Assembly: GCA_041477065.1 (NCBI GenBank)
Contig: JBGOUQ010000011.1
Location: 33,423-97,422, forward strand
Source of the DNA: Gemmatimonadota bacterium
Lineage (GTDB): Bacteria > Gemmatimonadota > Gemmatimonadetes > Gemmatimonadales > GWC2-71-9
Direction: 5' to 3'
DNA length: 64,000 bases
Every line of letters begins with the position of its first letter. The first letter of the stretch is position 1. The position numbers and the translations under genes are program-made. Positions 46,551 through 56,000 of the stretch are shown here, piece after piece. The notes beneath the pieces are model-generated. The model did no database searches. It worked only from the letters and a program-made list of their open reading frames with translations, and had not been told where the DNA came from.

Positions 46551-47549
46551 ATGCTCTCCGTCGTCGTCGCCGTGCTGCTGCAGCAACCCCTCCCGCCCCC
46601 CGCCGATCATGAGAAGCGCGTCCACACCTACAGCATCGTCGCGTGGGATTCCGTCACGGGCGACCTGGGGGTGGCGGTGCAGTCCAAGTTCCCGAACGTC
46701 GGGGGCATCGTCCCGTGGGCCAAGGCCGGCGTCGGCGCGGTCGCGACGCAGTCGCTCGGCAACACCGCCTACGGCGAGCGGGGGCTCGAGCTGATGGCGA
46801 TGGGCGCCTCCGCGCCGGAAGCGATGCGCATCGTCATGCGCGCCGACACGCGCCGCGCGCAGCGGCAGGTGGGGATGGTGGACGCGCGCGGCAACACGGC
46901 GAGCTGGACGGGAGATTCCTGCTTCGACTGGGCGGGAGGCCGGACGGCGGCGCCCTCGGGGGACGTCATCGCCGCGGGGAAGGGCCAGATGATCGTCGGG
47001 CGCTACTTCACGGCCCAGGCGAACATCATGGTCTCCGACCAGACGGTGAAGAACATGGCGGACGCCTACCAGCGCGCCACCGGGCCGCTCGCCGGCCGCC
47101 TGATGGCGGCGCTGGCGGCGGGGCAGGCGGGCGGCGGCGACAAGCGCGGGATGGAGTCGGCGGCGCTGCTCGTGGTGCGCGCGGGGGCGGGCTACCTGGG
47201 CGGCAACGACCGCTACATCGACATCCGCGTCTACGACGACACCAACCCGATCCGCGAGCTGCGGCGGTTGTACCAGCTGCACCAGCTCTACTTCTTCCAG
47301 AGCCGGCCGGAGGACTTGATCCCGATCACGCCTGAGGTCGTCAAGCAGCTCGAGCCGGTGCTGCTGCGAGAGCCGGTCAATCAGCCGCAGAAGTGGCTCG
47401 ACGCGCCCCAGGGCACGGCGACGCCGAAGTTCCTCGAGGCGCTGGCCAATTTCATGTACTGGGAAAACTACGACGTGCGGGTGCGGATGGACGGCAAGAT
47501 CGACCGGGTGGTGTTGGACGACGTGCTGCAACGTCGACAGAGGCGATAA
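46551..47549 (+). CDS. DUF1028 Ntn-hydrolase family protein
   Basis: HTYSIVA, GVAVQSKF, GVGAVATQ, GGDKRGMESAAL, DIRV. Confidence 0.9.
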   Translation: MLSVVVAVLLQQPLPPPADHEKRVHTYSIVAWDSVTGDLGVAVQSKFPNVGGIVPWAKAGVGAVATQSLGNTAYGERGLELMAMGASAPEAMRIVMRADTRRAQRQVGMVDARGNTASWTGDSCFDWAGGRTAAPSGDVIAAGKGQMIVGRYFTAQANIMVSDQTVKNMADAYQRATGPLAGRLMAALAAGQAGGGDKRGMESAALLVVRAGAGYLGGNDRYIDIRVYDDTNPIRELRRLYQLHQLYFFQSRPEDLIPITPEVVKQLEPVLLREPVNQPQKWLDAPQGTATPKFLEALANFMYWENYDVRVRMDGKIDRVVLDDVLQRRQRR

Positions 47550-47556
47550 GACGTCG

Positions 47557-47607
47557 TCCGTTTTCCGTTATCCGAACGGAAGACGGAAAACGGAAAACGG
47601 AGAACGG
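47557..47607. repeat. Intergenic heptamer array (ACGGAAA)n with inverted partner arm
   Basis: TCCGTTTTCCGTTATCCG, then ACGGAAG-ACGGAAA-ACGGAAA-ACGGAGA-ACGG. Confidence 0.85.
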
Positions 47608-47610
47608 TTC

Positions 47611-48006
47611 ATGGACATCAAGCACGACAGGATGGTGTTCCTCGGTTACGGCAAGTACTGGCGCTCCGATCGGATCGTCGGGCTGATGCCGATCGAGGAG
47701 GGCCGCGGGCCGGGCCAGCGCACCAATGTGTTCGTCGAAGGCCGCGCCGAGCCGATCGTGGCGTCGCGCACCGAGGAGAGCATCCTCGAGGACATGGGCG
47801 CGAGCGACGACAGCTTTCAGATGCAGGCGCTGCGCGAAGCGACGCGGGAGTTGCTGGAGGCGTTCCACGAGTATTCGCCGGTGCTGCGGCGAATGCTGCA
47901 GTCCGAGCACCATTTCGACGTGGAGAAGTGGGAGCAGCGCCTGGGCGAGCTGCTGCGGCCCGCGCCCGCGGCCGAGCCGGCCGGGCAGGACGACCTCTTC
48001 AACTAG
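47611..48006 (+). CDS. Hypothetical protein, possibly RemA/DUF370-like
   Basis: VFLGYGKYWRSDRIVGLMP...RTNVFV...IVASRTEESIL. Confidence 0.75.
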   Translation: MDIKHDRMVFLGYGKYWRSDRIVGLMPIEEGRGPGQRTNVFVEGRAEPIVASRTEESILEDMGASDDSFQMQALREATRELLEAFHEYSPVLRRMLQSEHHFDVEKWEQRLGELLRPAPAAEPAGQDDLFN

Positions 48007-48017
48007 GGAGACGGCGC

Positions 48018-49331
48018 ATGGCCGGGAGCGCAGTCGGCACGCGGGACGCGTCGGGCTGGGCGGGACATCCGCGCGGGCTGTCCACACTCTTCTTCACCGA
48101 GATGTGGGAGCGGTTCAGCTACTACGGGATGCGGGGATTCCTGATCCTGTATATGACGAAGGCCCTCGGCTTCACCGATCAGCATGCCGGGTCGGTGTAC
48201 GGGAATTACGTGGGCTCCGTGTGGCTGACCCCAATCATCGGCGGCATCATCGCCGATCGCTGGCTGGGGCAGTACCGCAGCGTCCTGTACGGGGGGATCA
48301 TCATCGCGCTGGGCCACTTCACGCTCGCCTTTCACGCCCTGCCGTTCTTTTACGCCGGCCTCACGCTGATCGTCATCGGAACGGGCTTGCTCAAGCCCAA
48401 CGTGTCCACGATCGTGGGCGGGCTCTACGAGGCAGGGGACGAGCGTCGCGACGCCGGGTTCTCGATCTTCTACATGGGGATCAACGTCGGGGCTTTCATC
48501 GGGCCGCTCATCGCCGGGAAGCTGGCGGAGGGGGTGGACTGGCACCTCGGGTTCGCCTGCGCCGGTGTCGGGATGGCATTGGGACTCGTCGCCTATGTGC
48601 TCGGGCGCAAGCGACTGGAGCCCGCGCTGGAGCGGATCGCCGCCCGTCCCAAGCCCGGCCCGGGCGCTTCGGCGCCGCCGGCCGCCCTGAGCGCCGCCGA
48701 TTGGAAGCGGATCGCGGCGGTTGTGGTGTTCTTCGCGTTCGCGTCGGTGTTCTGGGGCGCGTACGAGCAGGCGGGATCCACCCTGGCCCTGTTCGCGGAC
48801 CGGTACGTCCACCTCGAGCTGCTCGGGATCAAACTCTACGCGTCATGGTTCGTCTCGATCCAGGCCGGGTTCGTCATTGTCCTCTCGCCCCTGTTCGCCT
48901 GGCTGTGGGTGAGGCTCGGGCCGCGGCAGCCTTCCAGTCCGGCCAAATTCGCTTTGGCGCTCCTGCTCATGGGCATCGCGTTTCTCGTGCTCGTCCCCGC
49001 CGGGGCGAGCGCCCAGGGCGGCATCAAGGTGACCCCCTTGTGGCTCGTGGCCGTCTACTTCATCGAAGAGCTGGGTGAGGTCTGCCTCTACCCGGTGGGG
49101 CTCTCGGTGGTGACCAAGCTCGCGCCGACGCGCATCGTCGGGCTGATGATGGGCGTGTTCTTCTTGTCGAACTCGCTCGGCAACAAGCTCGCGGGCTGGT
49201 CGGCGGGGTTCATCAGCACGACGCCGCTGCCGACCCTGTTCGGCGTCACGGCGGGGGTGTGCTTGGTCGCAGCCGCGATCATGTTCCTGCTGCTCAAGCC
49301 GATCCGGAACTTGATGGGGGGCGTGCGCTGA
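48018..49331 (+). CDS. POT-family proton-dependent oligopeptide transporter
   Basis: GHPRGL..LFFTEMWERFSYYGMR, GLLKPN, FSIFYMGINVG. Confidence 0.96.
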   Translation: MAGSAVGTRDASGWAGHPRGLSTLFFTEMWERFSYYGMRGFLILYMTKALGFTDQHAGSVYGNYVGSVWLTPIIGGIIADRWLGQYRSVLYGGIIIALGHFTLAFHALPFFYAGLTLIVIGTGLLKPNVSTIVGGLYEAGDERRDAGFSIFYMGINVGAFIGPLIAGKLAEGVDWHLGFACAGVGMALGLVAYVLGRKRLEPALERIAARPKPGPGASAPPAALSAADWKRIAAVVVFFAFASVFWGAYEQAGSTLALFADRYVHLELLGIKLYASWFVSIQAGFVIVLSPLFAWLWVRLGPRQPSSPAKFALALLLMGIAFLVLVPAGASAQGGIKVTPLWLVAVYFIEELGEVCLYPVGLSVVTKLAPTRIVGLMMGVFFLSNSLGNKLAGWSAGFISTTPLPTLFGVTAGVCLVAAAIMFLLLKPIRNLMGGVR

Positions 49332-49339
49332 CCTCCTGG

Positions 49340-49371
49340 AGTCTAGATCTGGCTCAGTCTAGATCTGGCTC
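49340..49371 (+). repeat. Perfect 16-bp tandem duplication
   Basis: AGTCTAGATCTGGCTC at 49340-49355 and 49356-49371. Confidence 0.9.
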
Positions 49372-49383
49372 CCTGAGGGCTGC

Positions 49384-49925
49384 GTGTACGCCGGGCTCGC
49401 GCCCGGGGTCAGTCGGGCTGCTGAGCCGCTCTCGAAATCCGTGGAACCAGATCCGGATGACGCTGGAACTGATGCGCGACGTATTCGAGAACCCGGGTGA
49501 GATCTCGTTTGTGGATCGTGGCCACGTAGTGGCCGCGAGCCCAGCGCACTGCTCCGGCCACACGGCGATTCGTGCGTGTTGCCGCGACGGATTTGGCCAG
49601 GCGAACGAAGTCGCTCAGGCGAGTGTCGGGGCGGAAGCTGACTAGCAGGTGGACATGATCGGCCAATACGGCGTCCCGGAGAACCCGGACTCCTGTTTTT
49701 CGACACGCGCTGGCCACTGCGCAGCGGACGTCGCCCGCCGCGGCAGCATCGACACACCCGACTCGCTTCCAGGTATGCCACGTGATGTGCGCGTAGAGTT
49801 CGTAGGCGTGATGGCTCGACATGGCTCGTACAGCGGGTGGAATTACTGACCCCGGGCGCAAGCCCGGGGTGCACGGATCCCAGAGCCAGGCCCTGCCTGA
49901 CTCCGGGGGCCAGCCCGCTGTTCAC
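49384..49925. mobile_element. IS200/RAYT-like element: solo tnpA bracketed by inverted REP-like palindromes
   Basis: 30-nt palindromes at 49384-49413, 49845-49874 (inverted, 27/30 identical) and 49896-49925 (degenerate). Confidence 0.75.
49409..49822 (-). CDS. tnpA: Y1 HUH transposase (IS200/IS605 TnpA or REP-associated)
   Basis: LYAHITWHT, DHVHLLV (HUH), WARGHY, EYVAHQ (catalytic Tyr); no tnpB. Confidence 0.9.
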   Translation of the reverse strand: MSSHHAYELYAHITWHTWKRVGCVDAAAAGDVRCAVASACRKTGVRVLRDAVLADHVHLLVSFRPDTRLSDFVRLAKSVAATRTNRRVAGAVRWARGHYVATIHKRDLTRVLEYVAHQFQRHPDLVPRISRAAQQPD

Positions 49926-50043
49926 CAGACTATTCATCCGCGATCTAGAACAGGGGCAATCCAAATCCCGCGCATGGCATCGATCGGTTGCCGGACCGTG
50001 CTGACCACTCGGCTTTCGAAGTCGCCGAGATGAAGCCCGTCCT

Positions 50044-50289
50044 TCATGAGGCGTTCGCGGGCCCATCCGACTCGTGGAGGTCCCCGACCCGGTGCCTCCC
50101 GATGGAAGCGGCCCTGGGATGGGTGCCTTCGGCAGTGTGGGCGTGACGGTGATCGACCGATTCTGACCCGGACCTGGGGGCGGCGAGCGCCTGCTCGAGT
50201 GTGAAGCCGGCCTGCTGGGCGCGGCCGGCCCTGGGCGGGAGCGCCGCAACGACGAACACAAGCGGACGGAAGAGGGTGAGTGCGCGCAT
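50044..50289 (-). pseudogene. Possible 5' remnant of a secreted S9-peptidase-like gene
   Basis: Signal peptide then AQQAGFTLEQALAAP, followed by sequence that does not look like protein and an early stop. Confidence 0.35.
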
Positions 50290-50343
50290 GCGCCGAAGCT
50301 CGCGCCTCGCTGAAGGTTCGGCGACGGCCTATCTTACGCGCCG

Positions 50344-53300
50344 ATGAGCGCCCTCCCCCCCGCGGCCGGACTGCTGCCCACGCTGCAGGCCGCCCTCGCG
50401 GAGCGATATACAGTCGAGCGCGAAGTAGGGCACGGCGGCATGGCGCTCGTGTTCCTCGCGCGCGATCGCAAGCACGAGCGACCGGTCGCGCTGAAGGTCC
50501 TGCGTCCCGAGGTGGCCGTCGCGGTGGGGCCCGAGCGATTTCTCCGCGAGATCCGCGTCGCCGCCCACCTCAACCACCCGCACATCCTCCCCCTCCACGA
50601 TTCTGGCGAGGCCGCCGGGCTGCTGTACTACGTCATGCCGTTCGTCGAGGGCGAGACGCTGCGCTCGCGGCTGCAGCGTGAGGGGCGCTTGCCGGTGGCG
50701 GATGCCGTGCGGATCGCGCGGGAAGTGGCGGGCGCGTTGCGCTACGCGCACACCCAGGGGGTGATCCACCGCGATATCAAGCCGGAGAACATCCTGCTCG
50801 CCGGCGGGGAAGTGGTCGTGGCAGATTTCGGGATCGCCCGCGCCGTCAGCGCGGCCGGCGGCGAGCAGCTGACGGGGACCGGGATCGCGATCGGGACGCC
50901 CGCCTACATGAGCCCCGAGCAGGCGACGGCGGACCCCGACGCCGACGCCCGGAGCGACATCTACAGTCTCGGCTGCGTGCTGTACGAAATGCTGCTTGGC
51001 CATCCGCCGTTCCACGGCAGCACGGCGCAGGAGATTCTGGTCCGGCACACGCTGGATCCCGTCCCGCGTCTGGTCGGGGCCCGCACCTCGGTCTCCGCCG
51101 GCCTCGAGCGTGCGGTGCTCCGCGCGCTTGCCAAGAACCCGGCCGAGCGATTCGCCACCGCCGAAGACTTCTCGTCTGCGCTGTTGGATCCGGACGCTTC
51201 CCCTCCGGCGGGTGCCGTTCGGCGCCCGGGTCGGCGCGCCGCCGTCGGAACGGCGCTGGGGATCGTCGTCGTCGTGGCGATCGGCTGGCTCGTTACGCAT
51301 CGCGGGAGAGGAGTCATTGGGGGAGGAGGGGGGGCGGGAGGGGGAGGCGCCGGGAGCCGCCTCGACGAGCATGCGGTGGCGGTGGTGCCGTTCCGGGTGA
51401 GCGGCGCCGACCCGGCGCTCGGTTACCTGCGCGAGGGCATGATCGACCTGCTCGCGGCGAAGCTGACCGGGGACGGCGGCCCGCGCGCCGTGGACCCGCG
51501 CACGTTGCTGAGCTTGTGGCGGCGCCGCGCCGGGCGTGACGACGCCGACCTTCCCGAAGCGGCCGCGGCCCAGTTGGCGCGGGACCTCGGGGCGGGGCGA
51601 CTGCTGTTGGGGGCGGTCGTCGGGACGCCGCAACGACTCGTGCTCAGCGCGTCGCTCCTGTCGATGTCCCGGGCGCGCGCGACGCTTGACGCGACGGTGC
51701 AGGGGCCGGTGGATAGCCTCCTCTCGCTGGTCGATCAGCTCGCGGCGCAGCTCCTCACCCTCGGCGCCGGTGAGACTCCCCAGCGGCTGGCCTCGGCCAC
51801 CAGCACGTCCCTGCCGGCGCTGCGGTACTACCTCGATGGGCGCGTGGCCTACCGCCGCGGGCGCTACCAGGAAGCCGTGACGCTCTTCGCACGGGCGCTG
51901 ACCGAAGACTCGACGTTCGCACTCGCCGCGCTGGGCCTGCGGTCGGCGGCCGGCTGGATCAGCGGCGCGCCGCAGCTGGAGCGCGGCGTGCAGCTCGCAT
52001 GGGCTTACCGCAGCCGGCTGAGCGGGCGGGACCGCGCGATTCTCCTGGGGCTCGCGGGTCCGCGGTTTCCGGCACCGCCGTCCGAGCGCGACCTCCTGGG
52101 CGCGTGGCAAGCCGCGGTCTCGGCCGCCCCGGACCAGCCCGAGATCTGGTACGAGCTCGGGGATGAGCTCTACCACGCGGGGGCGCTCCTGGGGGTCGAT
52201 TCTGCTTCCAGCCGCTCAACGGCCGCCTTCGCGCGCGCGCTCGCGCTCGACTCGAGCTTCGCCGCCCCGCTCGCGCACCTCGTGGACCTCGCTGCCGAGC
52301 GGGCGGACACGGCCGCGGTGCGGCAGCTCGGGGCCCTCTACCTCGTGGTGGATAGCGTCGGGGAAGTGGCCGACTACGTGCGGTGGCGCGTGGCGATCGC
52401 GGTCAACGACCGGACCGCGCTGGCCGCGGTGCGCGCCCGGCTGCCCGCGATGGGTACCGAGAGTCTCCGGCGCATCGTGGTGGCAAGTCAGCTTTACGGG
52501 GTCGCGCCCGAGGACGCAGATCGATCGGCGGTGGCGTGGGCACGCGCGAACGAAGGGCAGCACTGGGCAGTGCTGCTGCGGCTGCACGATCTGGCGATCA
52601 ACCGGGGGCACCCGGCGGCTGCGCTGAGCCTCACCGATTCGCTCGGCGCCCTGTGGCCGCGCGCCCACGCCCACCTGCGCATTCGCATCGGCGACGCGCT
52701 GTACGGGGGGGGCGACGAAGCCGCCGCGTCCCGGGCGGCCGCGCAGCTCGCCCGGACGGCGGGGGCGGCGATCTCTCCGCGGCGGGCAGAGCGGGCCGAG
52801 CAATTCGCGGATGCGTGCGCGCTGGCGCGCTGGCGGGTGGCACACGGGGAATGGGCTGCAATCCCCGGCGTGATCGCGCTGCTGCGCCAGGCGTCGGCGA
52901 CCAAGGATGGTCCGGTGACCGAAGCGCACAGCTCCTGGTGTGCGACGGTGCTCGACGCCTTCCTCGCGAGCCAGCGGAAGCCAGGCACCGCTGCCCTGAG
53001 GTCGCTCGATTCGGTGTTGCAGACGGGACCACGGCCGATGGAGGTCGCCGGGGGCGGTCAGTACCTGAATTTCACCTATGGGGCGCTCGCGGCGTCACAG
53101 CTCCGGGAAGCAGCGGGCGACCTGACCGGCGCATTGACCGATGTCCGTCGACGCGTATTCCACGGGGCGGGCGCGGCCTACCTGGCCGCGTCGCTGCGGC
53201 GGGAGGGGCGCCTGGCAGCGCGGGCCGGCGACCACGCCGGTGCGATTCAGGCCTACCGGCACTACCTGGCGCTGCGGCCGGATCCCGAGCCCGCGGCGCG

Positions 53301-53361
53301 GGCGGAGGTGTCGCAGGTGCGGGCTGAGCTCGCGGCGCTGACTGCGGGCGGTCCCCGATGA
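50344..53361 (+). CDS. Hanks-type Ser/Thr kinase with TM, TolB_N-like and TPR domains
   Basis: GHGGMA, VALK, HRDIKPEN, DFG, GTPAYMSPEQ; VAVVPF; TSTSLPALRYY; TPR tail. Confidence 0.94.
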   Translation: MSALPPAAGLLPTLQAALAERYTVEREVGHGGMALVFLARDRKHERPVALKVLRPEVAVAVGPERFLREIRVAAHLNHPHILPLHDSGEAAGLLYYVMPFVEGETLRSRLQREGRLPVADAVRIAREVAGALRYAHTQGVIHRDIKPENILLAGGEVVVADFGIARAVSAAGGEQLTGTGIAIGTPAYMSPEQATADPDADARSDIYSLGCVLYEMLLGHPPFHGSTAQEILVRHTLDPVPRLVGARTSVSAGLERAVLRALAKNPAERFATAEDFSSALLDPDASPPAGAVRRPGRRAAVGTALGIVVVVAIGWLVTHRGRGVIGGGGGAGGGGAGSRLDEHAVAVVPFRVSGADPALGYLREGMIDLLAAKLTGDGGPRAVDPRTLLSLWRRRAGRDDADLPEAAAAQLARDLGAGRLLLGAVVGTPQRLVLSASLLSMSRARATLDATVQGPVDSLLSLVDQLAAQLLTLGAGETPQRLASATSTSLPALRYYLDGRVAYRRGRYQEAVTLFARALTEDSTFALAALGLRSAAGWISGAPQLERGVQLAWAYRSRLSGRDRAILLGLAGPRFPAPPSERDLLGAWQAAVSAAPDQPEIWYELGDELYHAGALLGVDSASSRSTAAFARALALDSSFAAPLAHLVDLAAERADTAAVRQLGALYLVVDSVGEVADYVRWRVAIAVNDRTALAAVRARLPAMGTESLRRIVVASQLYGVAPEDADRSAVAWARANEGQHWAVLLRLHDLAINRGHPAAALSLTDSLGALWPRAHAHLRIRIGDALYGGGDEAAASRAAAQLARTAGAAISPRRAERAEQFADACALARWRVAHGEWAAIPGVIALLRQASATKDGPVTEAHSSWCATVLDAFLASQRKPGTAALRSLDSVLQTGPRPMEVAGGGQYLNFTYGALAASQLREAAGDLTGALTDVRRRVFHGAGAAYLAASLRREGRLAARAGDHAGAIQAYRHYLALRPDPEPAARAEVSQVRAELAALTAGGPR

Positions 53362-53371
53362 GGGATTCTCG

Positions 53372-53971
53372 TCAGGGGTGCCACTCGAAATCCGCCGCCT
53401 CCGCCGCGGCGCGGGTCCTCAGCTGGTCCGTGTCGGCGCCGACGGCGATGGCTACGATCGGGTGCGCGGCGCGGTTGAAGAACCGCCGATAGTCGGCGAA
53501 CGGGTCCCGGCGCTCGACGTGCCAGGACCCGTCCGCGTCCTCCGCACGCTCCAGCACGATCACCGCGCGCAGCGCGCTGCTGGGGAAGGTCTCGCCGCGT
53601 CCCTCCCCGGCTCCCCAGCTGTACACGATCGCCCGACCGTCGTCGAAAGTGACGACCACCCGCACCGGCGCATCGTCCCGCGCGCGCACGCGCAGCGAGG
53701 CTCCGCGGAGCGGGGTGTCGGTCCGCCACCGCCAGGTGAGCGCTCCCGGTCGCATAGTCGGCGGAGGCAGCAGCGGGTTACGCAGCCGGAAGCTCGCGAC
53801 GCCCGCGGCGCGGGTCGCCTCGATGCGAAGCGCGTGCACGCCCGTCACGCGAAACAGGGGGGCCTCCACCCCGCGTGTGCGTTGCAGGGTCCACCCGCGG
53901 GGCAGTCCCGGGCTCGGCGGCACGATCGCCAGGTTGGTGAGCACCTGGAGCGCGAGCAGAGCGGCGTTCAC
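53372..53971 (-). CDS. DUF3047-like protein
   Basis: [43 protein letters not shown]; GTG overlaps the upstream stop. Confidence 0.75.
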   Translation of the reverse strand: MNAALLALQVLTNLAIVPPSPGLPRGWTLQRTRGVEAPLFRVTGVHALRIEATRAAGVASFRLRNPLLPPPTMRPGALTWRWRTDTPLRGASLRVRARDDAPVRVVVTFDDGRAIVYSWGAGEGRGETFPSSALRAVIVLERAEDADGSWHVERRDPFADYRRFFNRAAHPIVAIAVGADTDQLRTRAAAEAADFEWHP

Positions 53972-54957
53972 ATCGGCTCCTCGGCAAAGTGGCAGGCGGC
54001 GAGCTGGCCGGTGGCCACGGTCCGCAGGGCGGGAGCCTCGGTGCGACACCGTGCGTCTTTCTTCGGGTGCGGGCAGCGCGGGTGGAACGGGCACCCGGGT
54101 GGCGGAGCCGTGGGGGAAGGGACGTCGCCGGTCAGTACGATGCGCTGCCGCTGCGCCGCAGGGTCGGGGACCGGCACGGCCGAGAGCAGCGAGCGCGTGT
54201 AGGGGTGCCGCGGCGCGCGGTAGAGCGCGCCTGCGGGTGCCAGCTCCACGATCTTGCCCAGGTACATCACCGCCACCTGCTCGGCGATGTGCTTCACGAC
54301 CGCCAGGTCGTGGGCGATGAACAGGTAGGTGAGCTGGCGCTTCTCCTGCAAGTCCATGAGGAGATTCAGGACCTGAGCCTGCACCGACACGTCGAGCGCG
54401 GACACCGGCTCGTCGCACACCACAAAGCGCGGCTCGACCGACAGCGCACGGGCGATGCCCACGCGCTGCCGCTGGCCGCCCGACAGCTCGTGGGGATAGC
54501 TGGCGGCGAGACGCGTATCGAGCCCCACCTCCTCGAGCAGCGCCGCGAGGCGACGCTCCGCTTCCGCGCCGGCGGCGAGGCGGTGGATCGCGAGGGGCTC
54601 GAGCAGCGTCTGTCGGACCGTCATGCGTGGGTTGAGGGAGCTGTAGGGGTCCTGGAACACGATCTGCATGCGGCGCCGCAGGGTCCGCAGCTCACGGGCG
54701 CCGAGGGCGAAGACGTCCGCGCCGTCGAAGCGCACCTCCCCGGCGGTGGGCTCCTGCAGCCGCAGCATCGTCCGTCCCACCGTCGACTTGCCGCATCCCG
54801 ACTCGCCCACCAACCCGAGGGTCTGCCCCGCGGCGATCGTGAACGACACGCCGTCCACGGCGCGCACCACTCGGCGTGGCCGGCCGAGCCCGAGCCACGC
54901 CCGCTCGCCCGGGTAGTGCTTCACCAGGTCGCGAACCTCGACGAGCGACGGAATCAT
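53968..54957 (-). CDS. oppF: Oligopeptide ABC transporter ATPase (OppF/DppF)
   Basis: [34 protein letters not shown]. Confidence 0.92.
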   Translation of the reverse strand: MIPSLVEVRDLVKHYPGERAWLGLGRPRRVVRAVDGVSFTIAAGQTLGLVGESGCGKSTVGRTMLRLQEPTAGEVRFDGADVFALGARELRTLRRRMQIVFQDPYSSLNPRMTVRQTLLEPLAIHRLAAGAEAERRLAALLEEVGLDTRLAASYPHELSGGQRQRVGIARALSVEPRFVVCDEPVSALDVSVQAQVLNLLMDLQEKRQLTYLFIAHDLAVVKHIAEQVAVMYLGKIVELAPAGALYRAPRHPYTRSLLSAVPVPDPAAQRQRIVLTGDVPSPTAPPPGCPFHPRCPHPKKDARCRTEAPALRTVATGQLAACHFAEEPM

Positions 54958-56000
54958 GGGGGGGGGGGGGGGGCCGCGTTCCGACGTGCGGGCTCGGCGA
55001 CCAGCCAGCACCGCGCGGTGTGCCCGGCCGTGCCGGCCTCGAGCAGCGGCGGCTCCTCGGTGCGGCAACGGTCCCATGCGTGCGGGCAGCGCGGGTGGAA
55101 GCGGCAGCCACTCGGCCAGTCCGTGGCCGCGGGCACGTTGCCGGGGATGCTGTGCAGCCGCGATTTGGGGCGGTCGAGCCGCGGTATCGAAGCCAGCAGC
55201 CCTTCGGTGTAAGGATGCCGCGGGTGGGCGAACAGCTCGGGGGTCGTCGCCGTCTCCACGACCTGCCCGGCGTACATCACGACCACGCGGTCGGCGGTCC
55301 CCGCGACCACCCCCAGGTCGTGCGTGATCAGCATGATCGCCATGCCGAGCTCCGCCTGGAGCCGCGCTAACAGCTCGAGGATCTGGGCCTGGATCGTGAC
55401 GTCGAGTGCGGTCGTGGGCTCGTCGGCGATCAGGATCTGGGGATGGCACACGAGCGCCATCGCGATCATCACCCGCTGGCGCATCCCGCCCGAGAGCTGA
55501 TGAGGGTATTCATCGATCCGCACGTCCGGGTCAGGCATCCCGACGAGGCGCAGCATCTCGAGCGCCCGCGCGCGCGCCGCCCGGCGCGACAGCTGCTGGT
55601 GCACGACGGCCGCCTCGGCGATTTGGTCGCCGACCCGGAAGACCGGGTTCAGGGACGTCATCGGCTCCTGAAAGACCATCGCGATGCGGTTGCCCCGAAC
55701 GGCCCTGAGCTCGGGTGGGGACAGCGTGAGCAGGTTGCGGCCCTCGAACTCGATGAAGCTGCCAGGACGGATATGGCCGGGGGGCTCGGGGATGAGCCGG
55801 AGGATGGACAGCGACGTGACGGTCTTGCCGCATCCCGACTCGCCCACGATGCCCAGCGTTTCGCCGGGGTAGAGCTCGAAGGAGACGCCGTCCACCGCTC
55901 GCGCCGTGCCGCGGCCCCGCTCGGTCACGAAATACGTCTTCAGGTCGCGGACGCGGAGGAGCGGCGGAGTGGGGGAGGGGGTCGGAGCGGCGCGCGTCAC
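54954..56000 (-). CDS. oppD: Oligopeptide ABC transporter ATPase (OppD/DppD)
   Basis: [34 protein letters not shown]. Confidence 0.92.
   Translation of the reverse strand: MTRAAPTPSPTPPLLRVRDLKTYFVTERGRGTARAVDGVSFELYPGETLGIVGESGCGKTVTSLSILRLIPEPPGHIRPGSFIEFEGRNLLTLSPPELRAVRGNRIAMVFQEPMTSLNPVFRVGDQIAEAAVVHQQLSRRAARARALEMLRLVGMPDPDVRIDEYPHQLSGGMRQRVMIAMALVCHPQILIADEPTTALDVTIQAQILELLARLQAELGMAIMLITHDLGVVAGTADRVVVMYAGQVVETATTPELFAHPRHPYTEGLLASIPRLDRPKSRLHSIPGNVPAATDWPSGCRFHPRCPHAWDRCRTEEPPLLEAGTAGHTARCWLVAEPARRNAAPPPPP

Noticed and set aside
47557-47607. Possible CRISPR or tRNA
   Set aside because: No spacers, no cas genes, no cloverleaf; it is a heptamer array
49359-50261. 300-aa minus-strand ORF spanning the element; possible tnpB
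   Set aside because: Low-complexity translation with no RuvC or Zn-finger motifs
50344-53361. Kinase-TPR protein as a novel defence system
   Set aside because: Architecture looks like a common expanded kinase family and there are no defence neighbours
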